Positions 10,585 to 20,842 of a stretch of DNA of 64,000 nt are shown piece after piece; within the stretch, counting starts at the first letter, position 1, and each line of letters starts with the position of its first letter. Location: contig JAWLEP010000008.1 in assembly GCA_041686025.1 (NCBI GenBank), positions 4,996-68,995 of the forward strand. The letters run 5' to 3'. Source of the DNA: Candidatus Fermentibacteraceae bacterium (GTDB lineage: Bacteria; Fermentibacterota; Fermentibacteria; Fermentibacterales; JCC-6). Under the pieces are notes generated by a model, which made no database searches, was not told the origin of the DNA, and worked only from the letters and a program-made list of their open reading frames with translations. A program made the position numbers and the translations under genes.

Positions 10585-12013
10585 CGCCCGCCGGCCGCGG
10601 GCACTTCTGGTGACCCCCATACCCCCCATGCCGACGGGCCTGGCCACCTATGCGGTCCGGGTCCTGGAGTACACGTCGCAGGATGTGGCGTGGACCGTGG
10701 CCTTTCCCCCGGGGGGCGACCCGGACCTCCTCCCCGGGGGCACGGATGCCGTGGCCCTGGAGGACCTGGATCCCGCCTCCGTTCCCCCCATGCGGTTCTT
10801 CTGCCTTGGCAACTCGCCGCACTGCTTCGACATCCTGGGGCTCCTGAGGCGGGTCGGCGGGGCGGCGGTCATGCACGAGACCGTCCTCCACCACATGATC
10901 CGGCACTGCTCACTGGAGCGCGGGATGTGGGACGACTACCTGGCGGCCCTGGACTTCGAGTACGGCCCCGGGGCCGGGGGGGTCAGGAGGAAGCTGGGCA
11001 GGCGGCTCTCGGAGGAGGAATACGACGCGCTTCTCAAGCGCTACCCTCTCATCGGGAGGGCCGTCCATTCCTCTGTGATGCTCCTCTGCCTAAACTGCAG
11101 CGCGGCGGAGCAGCTGCGCCGGCGGGCAGGCACCCGGCCGGTTCTGCGGATAGGCCATCCCCTGAGCCCCGTCCCCCGCACCGTTCCCGCCGATCCGCCG
11201 GGCAGTCCCGTCATCGGCATGGCCGGGTCCTTCCACCCCGGCCGGGGCCTTCCGCAGGCCCTGGAGGCCGTGCGATCGCTGCGCCGAAGCCATCCGGATG
11301 CCTGTCTGGTGCTGGCAGGAGGCGGATGGCCCGAGACCCTTCCCGGGTGGGCCCTCACCACCGGAAGGCTGCCGGAGCCCGAGTACCAGGGATGGATACG
11401 GAGCTTCGACGTGGGCCTGGACGTCCGCCACCCCTCCTGCGGCGAGACCTCGGGAAGCCTGCTGGAGGTGATGAGGGCCGGAGTGCCCTGCGTGGTGAGC
11501 GACTCGGGCGGGCTGGCATGCATACCCTCCGACTGTGTCCTGCGGCTGCCGGCGGAGGGGCTGGGCCACACACTTCCCCGGGCCCTGGAGCGCCTGCTTG
11601 CCCGCGGCGGGGCGGAAGCGGGCATGGGGGAGAGGGGAAGGGCCTGGGCGGAGGCCGAGGGCTCACCGGCGAGAGCGGTGGAGGACTGGCGGAAGGCCCT
11701 CTCCCTCTACCCCGGGGCCCGCCGACGGCTTACCCCCAGGCCATCGCTGGCGGCAGCCTGGAGCCCGCTCCCCGGGGGGGCGCAGCTGCGAAAGGGGGGC
11801 GACGCCGTGGAGTGGCTGGTGGAGGACACCCTGGAGATACAGGGGCCGGACTGGGCCGAAGGGGCGTGGGTGAGCGCCGCCGGGGAGGGAGACGTGAACG
11901 GAGCCGCGCTGCCGTCGGAGCGGTCGGTGCTCCGGGTGGCGGGGGGCAGGCTGGTCTTCACCGGCCCGGCGAGAGTAACCGCCGTCACCTGGCTGGGGGG
12001 CGGGGATGGATAG
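10568..12013 (+). CDS. Glycosyltransferase family 4 (GT-B) with C-terminal extension
   Basis: N-terminal ALLVTPIPPMPTGLATYAV and GT4 C-terminal motif EVMRAGVPCVVSDSGG. Overlaps the upstream GT2 by 17 nt. Confidence 0.75.
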   Translation: MRASADARRPRALLVTPIPPMPTGLATYAVRVLEYTSQDVAWTVAFPPGGDPDLLPGGTDAVALEDLDPASVPPMRFFCLGNSPHCFDILGLLRRVGGAAVMHETVLHHMIRHCSLERGMWDDYLAALDFEYGPGAGGVRRKLGRRLSEEEYDALLKRYPLIGRAVHSSVMLLCLNCSAAEQLRRRAGTRPVLRIGHPLSPVPRTVPADPPGSPVIGMAGSFHPGRGLPQALEAVRSLRRSHPDACLVLAGGGWPETLPGWALTTGRLPEPEYQGWIRSFDVGLDVRHPSCGETSGSLLEVMRAGVPCVVSDSGGLACIPSDCVLRLPAEGLGHTLPRALERLLARGGAEAGMGERGRAWAEAEGSPARAVEDWRKALSLYPGARRRLTPRPSLAAAWSPLPGGAQLRKGGDAVEWLVEDTLEIQGPDWAEGAWVSAAGEGDVNGAALPSERSVLRVAGGRLVFTGPARVTAVTWLGGGDG

Positions 12014-13559
12014 ACGGCGCTGGCTTCTGCTGGCGGTGGTGGCGGCGGTATGCCTCCCCTTCCTTCCCAACCTGCTGACCTCCCCGGGAGACCCCGTGGG
12101 CATGGTCATGCCGGAGCCGGCGGTCCGGGGCGACTCCGACGCCTACCAGGGCGTCTGGCACCACTGGTGGATGGCCCGCTCTGTGAGCCGGGGCGACGAC
12201 CCGCGGTTCTGTCCCCTGGTCTATCACCCCAGGGGTGCATCGCTGGTCTACGACAGCGTGGGATGGGTGGACTGCCTGCTCCTGGCGCCGGTGTCCATGG
12301 CCTCGCCGGTGCTGTCCTACAACGTCGGCCTGCTGCTGAACTCCCTGCTGACCCTGGCCGGGGTGAGTCTGCTGGCCCGGCGTCTGGGGGCGGGCAGAGG
12401 TGCGGCATTGGCGGCCGGTCTGATCGCGGCGTGGCTTCCGGTGAGGACGGCGCACCTGGTCCAGCACTATCAGGTGGCCTCCGTGGGCTGGACGGCCCTC
12501 GCCCTGGCCATGGCGGTGAGAGCGGCCCGAAGTCGCAGGCTGGGCCCGTCCGTGTCCGGGCTGCTGGCCCTCTTCGCCGCGCTGGCCCTTCTGGAGTCCC
12601 CCTACCACTACCTCATACTCCTGGCCGGGGTTGCCCTGCTGCCGCTATTGGTCGGAAGGAGCATCGGCCTGCGGGGCCTGGCGTCCGCCGTGGCGCCGGC
12701 GGTGGCGGGAGGTCTGCTGGGACTTGCCTTCCTGCTCACCGGGCCCGGTGACCCCGGAAGCCCCTCCATGCCCTGGAGGGAGGCCATATACTGGTCTGCG
12801 GAGCCGCAGGCTTTCCTGATGCCCTCCCCCTTCGGTCTGGCGGGACGGGTTCTGGGAATGCCGGCTGCGGCGCCCTGGATGCCCAACCCCTTCGAAGGAG
12901 TGGTTACCCCCGGCATCACGGTGATGGCGGCGGCCCTTGCGGGATCCGCCGCCAGGCGCAGATGGCGGCTGGCGGCAGCTTCAGGGCTGCTTTTCCTGCT
13001 GGCCCTGGGTCCCCAGCTGAAGGTATTCGGCCATCTCACGCCGGTACCGCTTCCCTACCGCCTGGCGGGGATGCTGCCCGGGCTGGGAGGTGCCCGGGCG
13101 GCATCCCGTTTCGCGCTTCTGGGGGGAATGCTTCTGGCCGTTGCCGCCGGAAGGACGATCATGTCTCTGCGGGGCTGGAAGAGGACGGGGCTGGCCGTTG
13201 TGGTGGCCCTGGAGCTTCTGCCCCCGGGGCTGCCTGCCGTGGACGGCGGCTATCCAGGCGAGTACGGAGAGCTCGAGGGGGTGGGACCGGTGCTCGAGCT
13301 TCCGGTCACCGCGCAGGCCCGGAGGTACCTCTACCTGCAGACGGTGGACGGCAATCCGAGATACGTCACCTTCCTGGCCCGCCCGCCGGCCTGGGCGGAG
13401 GGCTACGTCCGACGGCTGGATTCCCTGGCCCGCGCGGCGGGATCACCGGAGGAGCTGGCGGAGTCGGCGGGGGCCGGCGCGGTGGTGGAGGGACACTGGC
13501 TGGTGGAGGAGGCAGCGGAGGATTCCGTCTCGGTGAGCCTTCCCGGGGGCGGGCCGTGA
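12006..13559 (+). CDS. Polytopic integral membrane protein, possible glycan polymerase/GT-C-like
   Basis: More than 10 predicted TM helices. The first loop has an acidic/aromatic motif (GDSDAYQGVWHHWW). Start overlaps the upstream GT4 stop. No confident family call. Confidence 0.55.
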   Translation: MDRRRWLLLAVVAAVCLPFLPNLLTSPGDPVGMVMPEPAVRGDSDAYQGVWHHWWMARSVSRGDDPRFCPLVYHPRGASLVYDSVGWVDCLLLAPVSMASPVLSYNVGLLLNSLLTLAGVSLLARRLGAGRGAALAAGLIAAWLPVRTAHLVQHYQVASVGWTALALAMAVRAARSRRLGPSVSGLLALFAALALLESPYHYLILLAGVALLPLLVGRSIGLRGLASAVAPAVAGGLLGLAFLLTGPGDPGSPSMPWREAIYWSAEPQAFLMPSPFGLAGRVLGMPAAAPWMPNPFEGVVTPGITVMAAALAGSAARRRWRLAAASGLLFLLALGPQLKVFGHLTPVPLPYRLAGMLPGLGGARAASRFALLGGMLLAVAAGRTIMSLRGWKRTGLAVVVALELLPPGLPAVDGGYPGEYGELEGVGPVLELPVTAQARRYLYLQTVDGNPRYVTFLARPPAWAEGYVRRLDSLARAAGSPEELAESAGAGAVVEGHWLVEEAAEDSVSVSLPGGGP

Positions 13560-14677
13560 GGGTTGCCCTGGACCTGGGAGTGCTGGCCCACAGCCGGGGA
13601 GGGGTGGCCAGGTACGTCCGGGGTCTGGCCCGCGGCCTGAGGACCGTGCTTGGCGACGGCGGGGACCGGCTCACTCTGGTGGACGTCCCAGCCTCCCATC
13701 CCGGAGCCGCTGCGCCGGAGGAGGCGGACGCGGTTCTGGCCGATCCCGCCTACCTGCGGGTACCGCTGCTCCGCAGGGTCCCCATCCGGAGGGGCTGGGA
13801 GAGGGCCTCCCGGCCGGCCAGGCTGCAGAGGCTGCTGGACGGGGTGGACGTCTACCATCACGGGGGCACGCAGCCCTGCAGCCCCGAATCGGCCGTCTCC
13901 GTCATCACGCTGTTCGACACCTCCGGCTGGGAGCACCCGGAATGGCACGCGGAGAGCACCCTGGGCTACTGCGCAGAGGAGCTGCGCATGGTCCGGGGGG
14001 GAAGCAGGCTGCTGGCCATATCCGCCTGGGCCGCCGGGAGGGCGGAGCAGTACCTGGGCCTGCCCGCGGGCTCGGTGGGTGTGGCCCAGGGGGCGGCCGA
14101 CGCCATGTTCACCCCCGGCAGGCCGGAGGCCGGCGTGCTGGCAGGGCTGGGACTGTCCGACGGCGGCTACCTGCTCCACGTGGGCAGCTTCGTCCCCCGC
14201 AAGAACATCCCCCTACTCCTGGAGGCCTACCGGGAGGCCTCCAGGGGCGGGGGGGGCCGGCTGCCCCTGGTTATGGTGGGGGCCGAGGCGTGGGGCGGGG
14301 TTCCCACACCCGAAGGGGAGGGCGTGAGGGCGGTCCGGGCCGCCGACGACCGGACGCTGCTGGCCCTCTACCGGGGTGCCAGGTGCCTGCTGCTGCCCAG
14401 CAGGTACGAGGGGCTGGGCCTGCCGGTGCTGGAGGCCCTGGCCTGCGGAACCGCCGTGGTGTGCAGCAGCGCGGCGGCGCTGCCGGAGACCCTGGGAGGC
14501 AGCGGTCTCCTGCTGGACCCCGATGATCGGGGGGCATGGACGGAGGCCATCGCCTCCCTGGAAGACCCCGATTATACCGCCGAGCTCGCCGAGCTGGCCC
14601 GGAATGCGCCCCGCCGAACCTGGGACGACACCGCCAGGGAGGCCCTGGCCTTCTACCGGAAGGTGGCTCCGCGGTGA
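13556..14677 (+). CDS. Glycosyltransferase family 4
   Basis: GTG start overlapping the upstream stop (GTGA). C-terminal GT4 motifs LLLPSRYEGLGLPVLEALACGTAVV. The track ORF from 12962 is a 5' artifact extension in the same frame. Confidence 0.8.
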   Translation: MRVALDLGVLAHSRGGVARYVRGLARGLRTVLGDGGDRLTLVDVPASHPGAAAPEEADAVLADPAYLRVPLLRRVPIRRGWERASRPARLQRLLDGVDVYHHGGTQPCSPESAVSVITLFDTSGWEHPEWHAESTLGYCAEELRMVRGGSRLLAISAWAAGRAEQYLGLPAGSVGVAQGAADAMFTPGRPEAGVLAGLGLSDGGYLLHVGSFVPRKNIPLLLEAYREASRGGGGRLPLVMVGAEAWGGVPTPEGEGVRAVRAADDRTLLALYRGARCLLLPSRYEGLGLPVLEALACGTAVVCSSAAALPETLGGSGLLLDPDDRGAWTEAIASLEDPDYTAELAELARNAPRRTWDDTAREALAFYRKVAPR

Positions 14678-14679
14678 GG

Positions 14680-15894
14680 ATGCTCCACCTGGTCCACCGT
14701 TCATGGCCCTACCACGGCGGGGCGGAGAGGTACGTCCTGGAGCATGCCCTGGCGTCCCGCAGGTGGGGGCACCAGAGCACGGTGCTGACCACGGACGCCT
14801 GGGACATGTCCTGGATGGTCTCCCGCAGGGGACGGCACCTGGAGCCGGGCAGGCTGGTCCACGGCGGGGTGGAGATAATCCGTTTCCCGGTCCGCCATCC
14901 CCCGCTTCAGAACCTGCTGCGGGGCCTGCTGATCAGGCTGGCTCCCGGAGGGCCGGACAGGTACTGCTACCCCAACCCCTTCCTCCCATCCATGGCCCGC
15001 TGGCTGCGGCGCAGCCGGGGCTGGGGCTTCGTGCACGCCAACGCCCTTCCCTCGCTTCTGTACATGGGCTGGCGGCACGCTCGGCGGGAGGGGGCGGGGA
15101 TGGCGGCGGTGCCTCACGCCAACGTGGGGGAGCCCCACCGCAGAACGCAGGCGGTGAGGTACTTCGACGGAGCCGCCGAAAGGGTCCTGCGGGACAGCAG
15201 CTTCGTGGTGGCCCAGAGCAGCTTCGAGGCCGGCATCTACCGCGACATGGGGGTGCCGGACGAACGGGTGCTGGTCCTGGGCAGCGGCATAGACCCCGAT
15301 GAGCTGCGGGGGGCCGAACCGGCCCCGGAGGCCCTGGGGCTGTCGGGCGAGGTGGTGCTGAGCCTCACCGCCCACTGCCGGGACAAGGGCAGCGTCGATC
15401 TGCTGGCGGCCTCCCGGGAGCTCTGGCGGCAGGGCTCCGGGCATACCCTGGTGCTGGCGGGACCCATCATGCCGGACATGGAGGAGGAGCTGGCGGCGGT
15501 GGCGGGGGAGCTGCCTCCCGGCAGGCTGGTGGTCACCGGGTATCTGGACCGCGAGGACCGCCTGGCCTGGCTGGCCTCCTGCGATGTCCTGGCCCTGCCC
15601 TCGCGGCTGGACTGCTTCGGAATCGTGCTCCTGGAGGCCTGGGCCCTGGGCAAGCCGGTGGTGGGATGCTACAGCGGGGCCATGCCCGACCTGGTGAGGG
15701 ACGGAAGCAGGGGGTTCGTGGTGCCCTTCGGCGACCGGCGGACACTGGCCCACAGGCTGGGTGTGCTCCTGCGGTCCCCCGGCCTGCGCCGGGGAATGGG
15801 GGAGAGGGGCAGGAGGATGGTGATGTCCGGCTTCACGTGGCGGGCGGTCACCGACCGGTTCTACTCCCGCCTGGCGGAGTGCGGGCAGCCGTGA
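14680..15894 (+). CDS. Glycosyltransferase family 4
   Basis: MLHLVHRSWPYHGGAERYV N-terminus; LALPSRLDCFGIVLLEAWALGKPVV. An alternative GTG start at 14674 overlaps the upstream stop. Confidence 0.8.
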   Translation: MLHLVHRSWPYHGGAERYVLEHALASRRWGHQSTVLTTDAWDMSWMVSRRGRHLEPGRLVHGGVEIIRFPVRHPPLQNLLRGLLIRLAPGGPDRYCYPNPFLPSMARWLRRSRGWGFVHANALPSLLYMGWRHARREGAGMAAVPHANVGEPHRRTQAVRYFDGAAERVLRDSSFVVAQSSFEAGIYRDMGVPDERVLVLGSGIDPDELRGAEPAPEALGLSGEVVLSLTAHCRDKGSVDLLAASRELWRQGSGHTLVLAGPIMPDMEEELAAVAGELPPGRLVVTGYLDREDRLAWLASCDVLALPSRLDCFGIVLLEAWALGKPVVGCYSGAMPDLVRDGSRGFVVPFGDRRTLAHRLGVLLRSPGLRRGMGERGRRMVMSGFTWRAVTDRFYSRLAECGQP

Positions 15895-17144
15895 GGCCCG
15901 TAACCGCAGTGACGGTGCTGTACCGCTCCCGCGGCCTCCTGGAGGACCTGGCGGAGACCATGAGGGCGCTGCGGCCCCTCTGCGAGACGATCCTGGTGGA
16001 CAGCTGCTCCGCAGATGGGACTGCGGAGGCGGCGGAGAGGGCCATGCCCCGGGCCCGCCTGCTGCGGGCCGAGGGGAACAGGGGCTTCGGTGCCGCCAAC
16101 AACCTGGCCCTGAGGGAGGTGGAGACCCCCTTCGTCCTGCTTCTCAATCCCGACGCCAGGGTGGGCCTGGAGGCCCTCTCCGCGATGCTGGCCTTCCTCC
16201 GCGAGCACGGGGAGACCGCCGCCTGCCAGCCCCTTCTCCGGCTCTGGGACTGGCCCGCGGCTGCGGCGGGCGCCGGCTGCTCCATGACCGAGTATGGGGA
16301 GGGCTACGACCTGCGGTACATGCACTACCTCCCCCAGCCGCCCCAGGTGGGCAGCCTGCGGGTCCCCGGGGTGACGGCGGCGGCATCCCTGTGGCGGTCG
16401 GAGGTGCTGGCGGGCTGCGGCGGCTTCGACCCTGCGTTCTTCATGTACTTCGAGGACGTGGACCTCTGCATGAGGGCCGCCTCCCGGGGCTGGCGGTTCC
16501 ATCTGCTGCCCCGCCTGGAGGGGAGGCACAGGTCGGGGGCCACCAGCGGGCGGGAGCAGGCCAGGCTGTGGGAGCTGGAATCCTCGGTGCTGATGGCCCG
16601 CAGGTACCTGGGGGGAGGACGGCTTCCGGCGAGATGGCTGCGCAGGGAGCTGCGCATCCAGGCCGGCATGCTGGCCAGGGGACATCTGCCCCTTCGGCGC
16701 TGGCGGGCCCTGGCCAGGACGCGCCGTCTCCGGGTCGAGCCGGTGGATACGGGGGTAGAGCACAGGTCGCTGCTGCGGTCGCGGCCCACCCACCTGCCGC
16801 TGCCCCGGGGGTCGTGGAGGGGGCCGCTGTCCGCCGACGGGGCCCTCACCGCCGGCCCCGGATGGGAGAGGGCCGGGGGACGGACGGCAATGCCGGGTCA
16901 GTGGGCCGGGCTGGTGCTCCCCGATGGGTCCGGAGCCGATGTCGGGCTGGCAATGTCTTCCCGGGCTTCGTACCTTTCCGGTGTGTACGGCGCCGGAAAC
17001 GACGTGCTGGGCCGCTTCTCCCTGCCCCGGGGAAGGACCGATCTCAGACTCCGGGTCCCCCGGGGAGTGCGACGGGTGCACCTGGCGCTGGACGGAACCG
17101 CGGAAGGGGGTGAGCTGCGACTTGAGGATGCCCGCATTCTCTAG
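15891..17144 (+). CDS. Glycosyltransferase family 2 (rhamnosyltransferase-like) with C-terminal extension
   Basis: GTG start overlapping the upstream TGA. VTVLYRS ... ILVDSCSADGT ... GFGAANN ... LLLNPDARV (GT2 fold, DxD-like). Confidence 0.75.
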   Translation: MRPVTAVTVLYRSRGLLEDLAETMRALRPLCETILVDSCSADGTAEAAERAMPRARLLRAEGNRGFGAANNLALREVETPFVLLLNPDARVGLEALSAMLAFLREHGETAACQPLLRLWDWPAAAAGAGCSMTEYGEGYDLRYMHYLPQPPQVGSLRVPGVTAAASLWRSEVLAGCGGFDPAFFMYFEDVDLCMRAASRGWRFHLLPRLEGRHRSGATSGREQARLWELESSVLMARRYLGGGRLPARWLRRELRIQAGMLARGHLPLRRWRALARTRRLRVEPVDTGVEHRSLLRSRPTHLPLPRGSWRGPLSADGALTAGPGWERAGGRTAMPGQWAGLVLPDGSGADVGLAMSSRASYLSGVYGAGNDVLGRFSLPRGRTDLRLRVPRGVRRVHLALDGTAEGGELRLEDARIL

Positions 17145-17913
17145 GGTGCCCCTTGCGGCGCTGCTTGCCTCGGCCGCCGGGGCCGCGCTGCTGGCCCTCC
17201 GCGGGGCGGAGTGGCAGCTTTGGGCCGGATGGGGGATTGCGGCGGCGGCCGCTCTGTCCCGGGAGCGGGACCCCTGGTGCCTGGCCGCCTGCGTGGCCCT
17301 GGTCCTGCCCCAGGCCGGAGTCGGCGGAACGGCCGCTTCCGCCGCGGTGGCCCTCTCCGCGGGAATGGTGGCCGGCTCCAGGGCGGGCCTTGCGGCCAGG
17401 ACGGCGGCCCTTGCGGGAGGACTGGTGGTCTTCCTCGACGGCCGGGCCGGGGGCCTTTCGATCTGGTTGGCGGTCCTGGCAGTGGCGGCGGTGCTTCCCC
17501 GCGCCGGCGCCAGGAGGGCCCTGCTGCTGGCGGGCATGGCGGCGGTTCCCCTGGCCGGAGGCCTGCCCGGGCCGTCCTCGCAGCAGGCCCGGGTAGTGCA
17601 GGAGCGATACGGGGAAGGGGAGACGGTCTGGGAGGGCCCGGTGAGCGTGCGGGTGGGAGAGCCGGAGCTGCTGCTGCGCTGCCGGGAGCCCGGAACCGTA
17701 TTCCTCGACCTGGGCGCAGGCGGAGTCAGGGACGAGGGCCCCGTGGGCCTGGTGGTCACCGACCGGATGGCCCTTCCCGTCACCTCCGGCAGGGAGACGC
17801 TGCAGGTCCGCCAGACCTCCGGCTGGGTGATGGTGACCCTGGAGAGGGGCTACACTCCCCGCACCCATCCGGTGGTGCACCTGTTCGGCGCCTGGACGGG
17901 GGACCGGCCGTGA
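17128..17913 (+). CDS. Hypothetical membrane-anchored protein
   Basis: ATG at 17128 overlaps the GT2 end. Ala-rich TM segments followed by a soluble C-terminal domain. It fills the only gap in an otherwise contiguous operon. Confidence 0.45.
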   Translation: MPAFSRVPLAALLASAAGAALLALRGAEWQLWAGWGIAAAAALSRERDPWCLAACVALVLPQAGVGGTAASAAVALSAGMVAGSRAGLAARTAALAGGLVVFLDGRAGGLSIWLAVLAVAAVLPRAGARRALLLAGMAAVPLAGGLPGPSSQQARVVQERYGEGETVWEGPVSVRVGEPELLLRCREPGTVFLDLGAGGVRDEGPVGLVVTDRMALPVTSGRETLQVRQTSGWVMVTLERGYTPRTHPVVHLFGAWTGDRP

Positions 17914-20033
17914 TGGGGGCGGCAAGGAGGCTGGCAGCGGGGCACCGGGGGCTGCTTCTGTCACTCTGTGCGGGGGCGGGCATCTTCCTGGCCTGGAGGG
18001 TGCTGGGCATGCCCCTTCCGGGCGCCCCGGGGAGGCTGATACCCCTGACCTGGGCACTGGCCGGCGTGGTTCTCTGGGACAGGAGGCTTCCGCCCGCCGC
18101 CATCATCTTCCTCTGCGCCTTCGCTGTGCTGGCCCCCCTGTGGGCCGTGCACCGGGCCGTTTTTCTGCTGGCCGGCGCCTCCGCCGCCGCAGGGGCCCTG
18201 GCGGTGGCCGCGGAAGGGGCTTCGGGCGGCAGGCTGAGGCTGGTCCTCGCCCTGCTGGCCCTGGGACCCGTGATACTGGCAACCGTGCCCTTCACCGGAG
18301 ACGAGCCCCACTACGCGGCCCTCAGCGAGAGCATAGTGGTGGACCGCGACCTGGACGAGACGGACAACCTCCATTACCGCGACCGGACGGCCGGAGTCTC
18401 CCGGCAGACGGCCAGCCTCAGCGGCGGCGTGAGCCATCACCAGCCGCTGATGTCGCTGCTGGTGGCCCCGGGACTTCCCCTGGGGGCTGCGGGAATGCGT
18501 GCGGTGAGCCTGGCGATGGCCGCGGCCGCGTCCCTGCTGCTGGCGGGGGTGCTGCGGCGGTCCGGCTGCAGCCGCCCCTTCCGGGCCGCCTTCCTGGCTT
18601 GCGCTCTGATGCCGGGACTGGGGATACTGGGCACCCTCTACCCCGGATGGGTGGCGGCGGGACTGCTCTGCCTGGGCGTCTGGGGCGGGCTGCGCGGCGG
18701 CAGGGCCGGGGCCTGGGCCCTGGCTGCCGCCGTACTGCTGATGCCGCTTCTGAAGCTGAGGTTCGCTCCCCTGTCCGCCGGTCTGTTCGCCGCCCTGGTT
18801 CTCTACTCGGCCCCCGGAAGGCGGAAGAGGCTGCTGGTCTGGGCCGCGGTCCTGCTGGCGGCGGTGCTGGCGGCGGACCGGGGGGTTCTGGGGGGGAGGC
18901 TCTTCTGGATCAGGTACGGCAACGTGGACGCCCTTCTGGTCCTTATGCACAGGACCCGGGCTGCGGCGGGGAGCATCGCTTCGGCGCCCCTGGCCGCCCT
19001 GGTGGACGCGGAGGTGGGGCTGCTGCCCCGGGCGCCCTGGATAGCGGCGGGGCTGGCCGGCCTGGGGACCCTCTGGCGGCGGAGGAGGCGGGTGGCCGTC
19101 TGGCTGGGCCTGCCGGCGGCCGCCTACCTGGTGGTGCTCTTCGTCTGGCTTCCCCAGACCTGGCACTCCATGCCCACCCCGGCCGGAAGATTGATGGTGC
19201 CGGTGCTGCCGCTGCTGGCGGCCTCCGCATGGCAGCTGCTGGACCGGCGGGGGGGAGGGAGCGTCCTGATCACCGCTTCGCTGGCCGCCGCCGGAGCCTA
19301 CGTCTTCTCCCCCGGCCTGCGGTTCAACCTGGCCGACGGCACCGACGCCCTTCTCTCGGCACTGATGGGGCCCCGGGCGGCGGCGGCAGCGCTCCCCTCC
19401 ATGATCCGCCCGGATGCTCTGCACATGGCCGCGGCCGCAGCGGCCGCAGCGGCTCTGGTGTGGGCCGCCGCCTCGCGCCCGAAGAGGCTGCCGGCGGTGC
19501 TGCTGCTCTCCGCCGCCCTGGTGGGGGGAGCCGGGGCCCTGGCCCCGGACGGCTGGGAGGCGGAGGACCTGGAGCCCGCCATGAGGAGGGGCTGCCGCCT
19601 CTACCCCCTCTCCCCCGATCCCCTCGCCAGGTACTTCTGGTTCGGCGGCCAGCAGCGGCTGTTGAGGATGGGGCATGCCGACGATCTGATCAGGCTTCCG
19701 GTACCGGAGGGGGCTGACTCGGTGCGGGTCGGCATCGTGGCCCGGGCCATGGGCGAGGACGGCGTGCCAGTGGCCGTGGAATGCGGAGGGGACACCGTGC
19801 ACATGAGCCTCAGAACGGGGCTGGTTGAGGCCCCTGCCTGGGTGGGGGGAATCCGTCGAAGACGTGACGTACGGGTGGCGGCAGAGCCGGGGAACCTGGC
19901 CGACACTGCGGCGGCGGCGGTGCTCGCCGCCGGCGCCGATTCGGTGAGCGTACGCGTGGAGAGGACGCTACAGCCCCCGGAGGGCCTCTACCTGGACCGG
20001 ATCATGGTGGAGGGCGTCGGTTGCTCTCGGTAG
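17913..20033 (+). CDS. GT-C fold membrane glycosyltransferase, ArnT/PMT-like (706 aa)
   Basis: ATG overlaps the upstream stop (TGATG). Many TM helices. The first extracytoplasmic loop carries FTGDEPHYAALSESIVVDRDLDE, resembling the DE-x-x-Y-A-E-x-S-R-E-M motif of ArnT/PMT (GT83/GT39) enzymes. Confidence 0.6.
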   Translation: MGAARRLAAGHRGLLLSLCAGAGIFLAWRVLGMPLPGAPGRLIPLTWALAGVVLWDRRLPPAAIIFLCAFAVLAPLWAVHRAVFLLAGASAAAGALAVAAEGASGGRLRLVLALLALGPVILATVPFTGDEPHYAALSESIVVDRDLDETDNLHYRDRTAGVSRQTASLSGGVSHHQPLMSLLVAPGLPLGAAGMRAVSLAMAAAASLLLAGVLRRSGCSRPFRAAFLACALMPGLGILGTLYPGWVAAGLLCLGVWGGLRGGRAGAWALAAAVLLMPLLKLRFAPLSAGLFAALVLYSAPGRRKRLLVWAAVLLAAVLAADRGVLGGRLFWIRYGNVDALLVLMHRTRAAAGSIASAPLAALVDAEVGLLPRAPWIAAGLAGLGTLWRRRRRVAVWLGLPAAAYLVVLFVWLPQTWHSMPTPAGRLMVPVLPLLAASAWQLLDRRGGGSVLITASLAAAGAYVFSPGLRFNLADGTDALLSALMGPRAAAAALPSMIRPDALHMAAAAAAAAALVWAAASRPKRLPAVLLLSAALVGGAGALAPDGWEAEDLEPAMRRGCRLYPLSPDPLARYFWFGGQQRLLRMGHADDLIRLPVPEGADSVRVGIVARAMGEDGVPVAVECGGDTVHMSLRTGLVEAPAWVGGIRRRRDVRVAAEPGNLADTAAAAVLAAGADSVSVRVERTLQPPEGLYLDRIMVEGVGCSR

Positions 20034-20842
20034 TCATCCCCTCCCGCAACGGCGCCCGTCTGCTGCGGCGCTTCCTGCCCCCGCTCCTGGACGACCTGGG
20101 AGACCTGGGAGAGGTGGTGGTGGTGGACGACGGCTCGGAGGACGATACCGCCGCCGCGGTGGCCGGGGCCGGCGACGGGAGGGTCGGGCTGGTGCGCCGC
20201 TCCGGCCCCAACGGCTTCTGCTACGCGGTGAACCGGGGCATGGAGGAGGCCGGCGGAGACCTGCTGCTTCTGCTGAACAACGACGTGGAGCCGGAGCCGG
20301 GGGCCCTGGCATCCCTGGTTGACGCAGCCGGAACGGCCACCCCCGACGTCTGCGCCCTGGTCCCCCGGATACTCCGTCCCGACGGCACCGACGAGGGCGG
20401 CTGCTCGGTCCGCCTGCGGCGCGGCCTGCCGCTGGTGGACCTGGAGGGCAGGGGGGTGCCGTATCCCTCCGGAGCCTGCAGCCTGTTCACCCGGAGAAGC
20501 TGGGAGCGGCTGGGCGGCCTGGACTCCCGTTTCGCGCCCATATACTGGGAGGACGTGGACCTGGGCCTGCGGGCCCGCAGGATGGGCATGCGTGTGGCCA
20601 GGGTCCCCGGCGCCGCCGTCCGCCACCAGCACGCCGCCACCATGGGCCAGTCGCCGGACTCGCTGGCCCTGAGGGAGCGCAACAGGCTACTCCTGGCGGC
20701 CGGATCGCCCCTGCCGGATGGATGGCGGCTCAGGTTCCGCCTGTGGCTTCCGGTCCACGTGCTGATGGCGCGTCTTGCGGGAAACCGCCCCTTCCTGGAG
20801 GGATACAGGGAGTACAGGCGGCTGGCGGAGGAGGGGATCTGA
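20021..20842 (+). CDS. Glycosyltransferase family 2
   Basis: TTG start as in the ORF track. LSVVIPSRN, VVVVDDGSED, LLLNNDVEP (DxD). Confidence 0.8.
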   Translation: MLSVVIPSRNGARLLRRFLPPLLDDLGDLGEVVVVDDGSEDDTAAAVAGAGDGRVGLVRRSGPNGFCYAVNRGMEEAGGDLLLLLNNDVEPEPGALASLVDAAGTATPDVCALVPRILRPDGTDEGGCSVRLRRGLPLVDLEGRGVPYPSGACSLFTRRSWERLGGLDSRFAPIYWEDVDLGLRARRMGMRVARVPGAAVRHQHAATMGQSPDSLALRERNRLLLAAGSPLPDGWRLRFRLWLPVHVLMARLAGNRPFLEGYREYRRLAEEGI